This document shows positions 59,242 to 64,000 of a stretch of 64,000 nt of DNA, one piece after another. A model generated the notes under the pieces. The model was not told the DNA's origin. It was given only the letters and a program-made list of their open reading frames with translations, and ran no database searches. Both the position numbers and the translations under genes were made by a program. Each line of letters starts with the position of its first letter. Positions within the stretch are counted from its first letter, which is position 1. This DNA comes from a virus: positions 21,866 to 85,865 of IMG/VR virus record IMGVR_UViG_3300042860_003408. The stretch is one strand, 5' to 3'.

Positions 59242-59658
59242 TTAAAGCAGGCTTGTTTCTGAACTGCTTTTTAATATCTTTGTTATTTCTTCTATTTTTT
59301 GAATATCTGAAATATCTTTGTTGTTTGTTGACAATATTTGAACTAGCTTAGAAGCAGTATATTCTTCTTCTGACGAATACTTCTTGTATTTGTCAATCTG
59401 ACTTTGAATTAACTTTACCTTGGCATTTAATTTCTCTAGTTCATCTTCCTTTACCTTGACTAAATCTACCCATTCGTAAAGAGATATATTTGTTCCTTGA
59501 TTGATTGTCCACACCATTCCGAATTCATCTGATGCCGTTGCGTACTGATTATTTACTGATTTAACAGTATATATTCCATCTTTTAGACCATTGTTTCTCG
59601 CCCCTGTCACACTTATTGTCTCACCTCCTTTTAGGTCTGATACTGATATTTTTTTCAT
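59242..59658 (-). CDS. Hypothetical protein (small beta domain + coiled coil)
   Basis: 138-aa ORF. Confidence 0.7.
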   Translation of the reverse strand: MKKISVSDLKGGETISVTGARNNGLKDGIYTVKSVNNQYATASDEFGMVWTINQGTNISLYEWVDLVKVKEDELEKLNAKVKLIQSQIDKYKKYSSEEEYTASKLVQILSTNNKDISDIQKIEEITKILKSSSETSLL

Positions 59659-59817
59659 CTTTTTGTTTTTGTTTGGTTTTATTTTAAAAAGCGAGACAGA
59701 GTGAAAAGTGGTTTCACACCACTATCTGTCTCGCTAAAAACTATAAATATTCTTGCAAATATTGATTTTGCTCATTTGTAGCCCGCGCGGCAATCTTTGA
59801 ATATTTATGTTTTATTG

Positions 59818-59889
59818 TAGCCCCACGAGGAATCGAACCCCGCTTCTTAGACTGAAGGTCTATTGTCCTAACCGATAGACGATAGGGCC
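59818..59889 (-). tRNA. tRNA-Glu(TTC), atypical anticodon loop, no encoded CCA
   Basis: GGCCCTA-TC-GTCT-ATCGGTTA-GGAC-A-ATAGA-CCTTCAG-TCTAA-GAAG-CGGGG-TTCGATT-CCTCG-TGGGGCT-A; Glu-type D-arm. Confidence 0.75.
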
Positions 59890-60113
59890 GTGTACAAGGG
59901 CGGCAAATTAATGCACTAATTGTACTTCTTTTAACTTATAAAAGTTACCCTTGCAAGAACCATAATACTATTAAAGCATACACTTTTGTAGATTATGGAA
60001 AGAAATAAATAGAGATTCTAAATCATGATTAGGTATTTAGCACACATCAATGGATACCTCCTTTTAGAATTTGCTTTTACCTGAGTACTCTTAGATAGTT
60101 TAATCTTATTTAT

Positions 60114-60227
60114 TTACTTATTATTTTTTAGAGCATTTGCTTTTTGCTTGTTTTCAAGCTTTGCTTCTCTTACGAATGTTCTTAACTTGCGCTTCATTCG
60201 CTTAATTCTTCTCTGATTTACTGTCAT
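60114..60227 (-). CDS. Small highly basic protein (37 aa, not in ORF track)
   Basis: MTVNQRRIKRMKRKLRTFVREAKLENKQKANALKNNK-TAA, co-oriented and closely following the upstream gene. Confidence 0.45.
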   Translation of the reverse strand: MTVNQRRIKRMKRKLRTFVREAKLENKQKANALKNNK

Positions 60228-60245
60228 ACTGTTATTGATTAATAG

Positions 60246-60506
60246 TTAGTTTCTTTCTCTTAATGCATGAAAACAAAATAATTCTTCTCTTACTGAAATA
60301 TCCATAGATATTCCTGTTGAGATTTTAGATAAAAATGTATATGCATCTCTCAGTGACCTTCTTTTTCCCTCTACAGTTTCATCCATAGATAATTTTTCAA
60401 GCTTATGACTAAGCTCTCTCAACGACATCATTTCTGCGGCTGATAAATTTATTTGACACCCTTCAATTGAATTCGAAAATATACTTTTGATTTCCTGCTT
60501 TTTCAT
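60246..60506 (-). CDS. Hypothetical protein
   Basis: 86-aa ORF. Confidence 0.65.
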   Translation of the reverse strand: MKKQEIKSIFSNSIEGCQINLSAAEMMSLRELSHKLEKLSMDETVEGKRRSLRDAYTFLSKISTGISMDISVREELFCFHALRERN

Positions 60507-60508
60507 GT

Positions 60509-61063
60509 CTATTTAGTTTTATTGTTAATAAATCTTGCAGAGTCCCAATTATATAACCCTCTTAATTCAGATATATCACAATCAATTTTACCAGTTTTAT
60601 CTGATAATTTGAATTGAGATCGCATAGAAGCCCTTATTTCAAATATAGGTATTCTGTGCTTACTGGCGTATTGAATTATAATTTCACGTACTTTCCCTCT
60701 TCTCTCTACCAATACTTCTTGCTTTTCAGTTTCAACTAATCCGCAATATCTTGGTCCACATCCGAAATAACAATAACTCAATTTACATGAAATGCTTTTT
60801 GCTTTACATCCATTTTTTGTTAGATTTGAGCATCCTGTACAACAAAGCGTGTTGTCAGGTATCTTCGAATGAGATTCTCTGCTTTTAACACAAGTTGTAA
60901 TTCCGTTTTCAATTTTAATATCGCAAAAATTGCCTTGACGGTTTATTTCATCAAGAATACGACATATCTGTAAATACTTTTTCTTTTTTGTTGTTTTGTT
61001 CATATTGATTATGATTAGTTGTTTTTCGATTAAGCCATACATATCTATTTTAGGCGTCCCCAT
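60509..61063 (-). CDS. Cys-rich hypothetical protein (possible metal cluster); true start may be the internal Met at ~61003
   Basis: CDI...C...CCTGCSNLTKNGCKAKSISCKLSYC. Confidence 0.6.
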   Translation of the reverse strand: MGTPKIDMYGLIEKQLIIINMNKTTKKKKYLQICRILDEINRQGNFCDIKIENGITTCVKSRESHSKIPDNTLCCTGCSNLTKNGCKAKSISCKLSYCYFGCGPRYCGLVETEKQEVLVERRGKVREIIIQYASKHRIPIFEIRASMRSQFKLSDKTGKIDCDISELRGLYNWDSARFINNKTK

Positions 61064-61713
61064 AGGGATATTGCTCGCTTTGGATATGTATGGCTCAAGA
61101 TTTCCGGCTATAACGGGAATAAATAGAGGACACTTGCGCCTATTTATTGCTTGTATTTCACAAGGCTATTTAAATACTTATCTCGATCCTTTCGAGACAC
61201 CACTTCCTCTCCAACTCCTCTCTAATTAGCCAACCTATTCGAATAGGAAATGACAGTTGCCTAATCACTGACAGGTAGCAGTTCTTAACCAATCATGAAG
61301 TTTAATACGATTCTCACGTACCATCCCTTTCGACTCCGAAGAGACCTGCTTCCAAGGGCCATATAGTTCTTGTCTATATGGACAGATAACGATTCCGTAC
61401 GGGTTCTTAACCAATCAGCTTTGTGGGCTCACTACGCGATTGACCGCAGCATGCTCTTTTCTAAGAATAATACGCCTTACTTTAGCGATAGCACTCGTTT
61501 TACGGACGAAAAACCGTGATTAGAGCTTTAAGGTATGATAACCCCTGCATCATGTACAATAATCACAAGACACTCATTTCCCACTTGCTTAAGAACTGAT
61601 ACCAATTACCATAAGGCAATTAATGTCTACGCTTTTAAACAGTAGCTCAGGATTGAGAACGCTGCTACTTGCATTAACATGTGATTTTGGGATAAATCCC
61701 TTGTAGAGAACTC

Positions 61714-62070
61714 TTATTGAGCAGTTTTTTTATTACTTTCCCTGCCTAGAGCCAGTAATAATGTCGTTGTTACTACAATTATTGATAGGTCAACAATATG
61801 TATTTGTTCGCCTCCCATTATTTTCATGCTCATAGCTACTATGAACACCGAAAATATCATTACGATTATTCTAGTTTTTCTTTTTAATGGTTTTTCAAAT
61901 ATATTCCTTAGAAGCATTACCGCTAATGAAAAATTTGTCAATAAAAAGATAGACATAATAATAAGATCAAATGCTTTTAGTTTTCCCAATATCAATACAA
62001 GTGTCATGCTCATAAATGATATAATTAATAGAAACCAAGAGCCCATTTGGATAATTTTTTTCTCTTCCAT
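61714..62070 (-). CDS. Four-helix membrane protein
   Basis: Four hydrophobic stretches. Confidence 0.7.
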   Translation of the reverse strand: MEEKKIIQMGSWFLLIISFMSMTLVLILGKLKAFDLIIMSIFLLTNFSLAVMLLRNIFEKPLKRKTRIIVMIFSVFIVAMSMKIMGGEQIHIVDLSIIVVTTTLLLALGRESNKKTAQ

Positions 62071-62080
62071 ACATATTATT

Positions 62081-62150
62081 GATTAATAGTTTCCCGGCTA
62101 TAAATAGTTTCGTCTTAATTTTCAAAGACTCGTCAGGGGAATTTACAACC
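62081..62150 (-). ncRNA. Type I hammerhead ribozyme with non-canonical GCC cleavage triplet
   Basis: TTCCC-CTGACGA-GTCTT-TGAAAATT-AAGAC-GAAA-CTA-TTTA-TAG-C-C-GGGAA (core 62141-62091). Confidence 0.75.
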
Positions 62151-62244
62151 ACAAGCACGCTCTTCTTGCATACACGATATTTTTGCCGCTTGCTTTTTGA
62201 GTCGTCCTTGTGGTATTTTATTTTCTTACTACCATTGAATTGAA

Positions 62245-62502
62245 TTAGAATTTAAAGTTCCATTCATGCATCCTAAATGTTGGTTTGCAAAATTGCGGCT
62301 TTTCATTTATCTTTTGGTAGCTTATTTTCTTTTCAGATTGAATCTCATTTCGCAGAACTAATTCGTATTCGCGATTAATTATTTGCATTTCATAGATTGT
62401 TGAATTAACTCTCTTTGAATCGTCAATAACTATCACTTCTTCTTCATAGTTTCTTGGCTCATGAAATATTGGAGGCCCAGTTCCTATTATAATTATAAAC
62501 AT
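62245..62502 (-). CDS. Hypothetical protein
   Basis: 85-aa ORF. Confidence 0.6.
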   Translation of the reverse strand: MFIIIIGTGPPIFHEPRNYEEEVIVIDDSKRVNSTIYEMQIINREYELVLRNEIQSEKKISYQKINEKPQFCKPTFRMHEWNFKF

Positions 62503-62503
62503 G

Positions 62504-62728
62504 TTACAATGTATTATAGTATTCTATAGCATCTTTTATCTTTAAGTACTCATTTTTACCTCTTAATTTTGAGGTGTTCCATTGCACTTTATATCTAACA
62601 GAATTATCTATTAGATTAATTGCTATTATCAATTTAGCTGCAATGTGTTTCTTTACAAATCTGTGATATACAATTTCTTTCTCTGGTTTTTCGAGAACTG
62701 TTATTAGTTCAAAGTTTCTTGCTGCCAT
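62504..62728 (-). CDS. Hypothetical protein
   Basis: 74-aa ORF. Confidence 0.6.
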   Translation of the reverse strand: MAARNFELITVLEKPEKEIVYHRFVKKHIAAKLIIAINLIDNSVRYKVQWNTSKLRGKNEYLKIKDAIEYYNTL

Positions 62729-62733
62729 ATTGT

Positions 62734-63084
62734 TTATTTATTATGTTTTCTTCGTACTTGTTCACCAATCATCATAAATTTCCAAAATAGCACATATTGC
62801 AATTCCTTGTTAACCATTCCACCTCTTTCAATAAAGCTAATTATATTAGACAAGTGGTCGCTTCCTATATCTGCTAATGCAATTATAGAGTTATTTCCAG
62901 TTGTCCAAATTTCATTAACCCCATCATTTTCTGCACTTGCTGCAGCGGCTGCCGATTGAACTATTTTTAATAGGTACTGCTCTCTTTGAGTTAGACTCCC
63001 ATTCATTTGTAGCCTAATAGAGCCATGCTGAATCAATTTTAAGAAGTTTTTCTTTCTTGCCTTGACTTGATTGTCTGTTGCCAT
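62734..63084 (-). CDS. Hypothetical protein
   Basis: 116 aa with a W.T....I.L.D....HL.NII motif. Confidence 0.65.
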   Translation of the reverse strand: MATDNQVKARKKNFLKLIQHGSIRLQMNGSLTQREQYLLKIVQSAAAAASAENDGVNEIWTTGNNSIIALADIGSDHLSNIISFIERGGMVNKELQYVLFWKFMMIGEQVRRKHNK

Positions 63085-63247
63085 TTTTGATAAATGTTAA
63101 TTGTTTTATATTGAGTTTGTTATATTCAATTTAAAATACGGAGCAGAGATTTTGGCTGCCTTGCTAATAATTATTTCGCTTTCGGACTTATATCTCTGCT
63201 CCTCTACTTTTGTGGTTTATTACCACTAAACCCTAACGCTTTAGGGA

Positions 63248-63700
63248 TTATTTGTCGTCTAATAGACTTATTATCTTTACGAAGAACCACACTATTCCTA
63301 TTAACAAGAATATATTAAATGATATTCCAAAGTAAATCAAATAGAATATTATTGCTATCCATGTTGTATTGCAATAAGGGCATAGCCCTAATGGCTTAGA
63401 TAATTTTGCAATTAATCTATAATACCATTTTGCATTTATTTCTTCATCTTCCCAGCTTGCATCATCAAAACAGTCCCACACTTTAACCTTTACAATTTGC
63501 TTAGTTGTTGATTTTTCAACCATCTTAATAAGCCACAATGCATACCAATTGAATATTTGGCCAGGTCGCATAAATGCCTGAAATGCCATTCCAAGCATAG
63601 CTATTGCTGCTCCAAAAAGGAACAGCAATAGTATAGTTTGAATGTTAATCGACTGTAGCATACTTGTAGTTATTTGCATTGCTGAATCGAGCTGCCGCAT
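63248..63700 (-). CDS. Membrane protein, DUF1360-like
   Basis: Hydrophobic segments flanking KPLGLCPYCNTTWI. Confidence 0.55.
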   Translation of the reverse strand: MRQLDSAMQITTSMLQSINIQTILLLFLFGAAIAMLGMAFQAFMRPGQIFNWYALWLIKMVEKSTTKQIVKVKVWDCFDDASWEDEEINAKWYYRLIAKLSKPLGLCPYCNTTWIAIIFYLIYFGISFNIFLLIGIVWFFVKIISLLDDK

Positions 63701-63992
63701 ACAATTCTTCGTCTGCAGTTAAAGCGCGAACATCGTGTTTTTCTACCCATACAGTACAACCATTATTACAAAAACGTACATTCAATGGTTTGTGACCGCT
63801 TTTGTCGTTTTGAAGAATTTTTGCAATAGTTTTTGGATATATGTAAGAGCATTCACAATCAGCTACGCGATTAACAGTTACTACTAATGAGCCTACTGCT
63901 AATTCTTTTGGCTTTTCAGCTTCTTTTTCCGGTACATCGCTAACTACTGCCCCTGCAATAGCTTCAGTCATTTGAACTGCTGTCATTTTCAT
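63645..63992 (-). CDS. Hypothetical protein (SH3-like beta domain possible)
   Basis: 115-aa ORF at the window edge. Confidence 0.6.
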   Translation of the reverse strand: MKMTAVQMTEAIAGAVVSDVPEKEAEKPKELAVGSLVVTVNRVADCECSYIYPKTIAKILQNDKSGHKPLNVRFCNNGCTVWVEKHDVRALTADEELYAAARFSNANNYKYATVD

Positions 63993-64000
63993 TGTTAAAT

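Noticed and set aside
59760-59817. HDV-like (theta) ribozyme after tRNA-Glu
   Set aside because: Could not build the nested double pseudoknot; only a short echo of the tRNA 3' end (GGGCTACAA) is visible.
59845-59862. Reading the tRNA as an opal suppressor (TCA)
   Set aside because: This needs a 5-nt loop; cloverleaf spacing and the D-arm fit Glu(TTC).
61967-62158. 63-aa GTG-start ORF in the track
   Set aside because: It overlaps the hammerhead and the membrane-protein gene in another frame; better explained as non-coding.
1-64000. Stop-codon reassignment (TAG or TGA), known in some crAss-like phages
   Set aside because: Giant ORFs are intact in code 11, and TAG and TGA terminate tightly packed minus-strand genes. 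The + strand genes all end in TAA, but nothing requires recoding.

Overview
This is a 64-kb segment of an AT-rich crAss-like (Crassvirales-type) phage genome in the standard genetic code; the host is probably Bacteroidota (inference). The + strand (1-35804) is the end of the virion module: a partial IHF-like gene, a tail ring/tubular protein, an apparently split muzzle (tail stabilisation) protein, two ejected cargo proteins, a 6070-aa virion RNA polymerase polyprotein and a 2343-aa polyvalent cargo protein. The polyprotein has a DFDVD catalytic motif plus zincin, NADAR, ART-like, SLOG-like, DUF1848-like and Dda/RecD-helicase domains. A bidirectional terminator at about 35.86 kb separates this from a minus-strand block: PD-(D/E)XK nuclease, M20/M28 peptidase, degenerate ligase-like protein, primase, SSB-like protein, Sak4-like ATPase, DnaB, initiator-like protein, ECF sigma factor and many small hypotheticals. 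The most striking signal is the non-coding layer on the minus strand. It holds a circularly permuted two-piece tmRNA whose spacer encodes a protein, tRNA-Glu, up to six tRNA-like elements with intact T-arms but deleted or replaced anticodon arms, a hammerhead ribozyme with a non-canonical GCC triplet, a pseudoknot and a 2.2-kb hairpin-rich region without credible ORFs. Six ~100-bp helically phased DNA elements also recur every ~6-13 kb, mostly inside genes. All calls come from reading motifs by eye; no searches were run.
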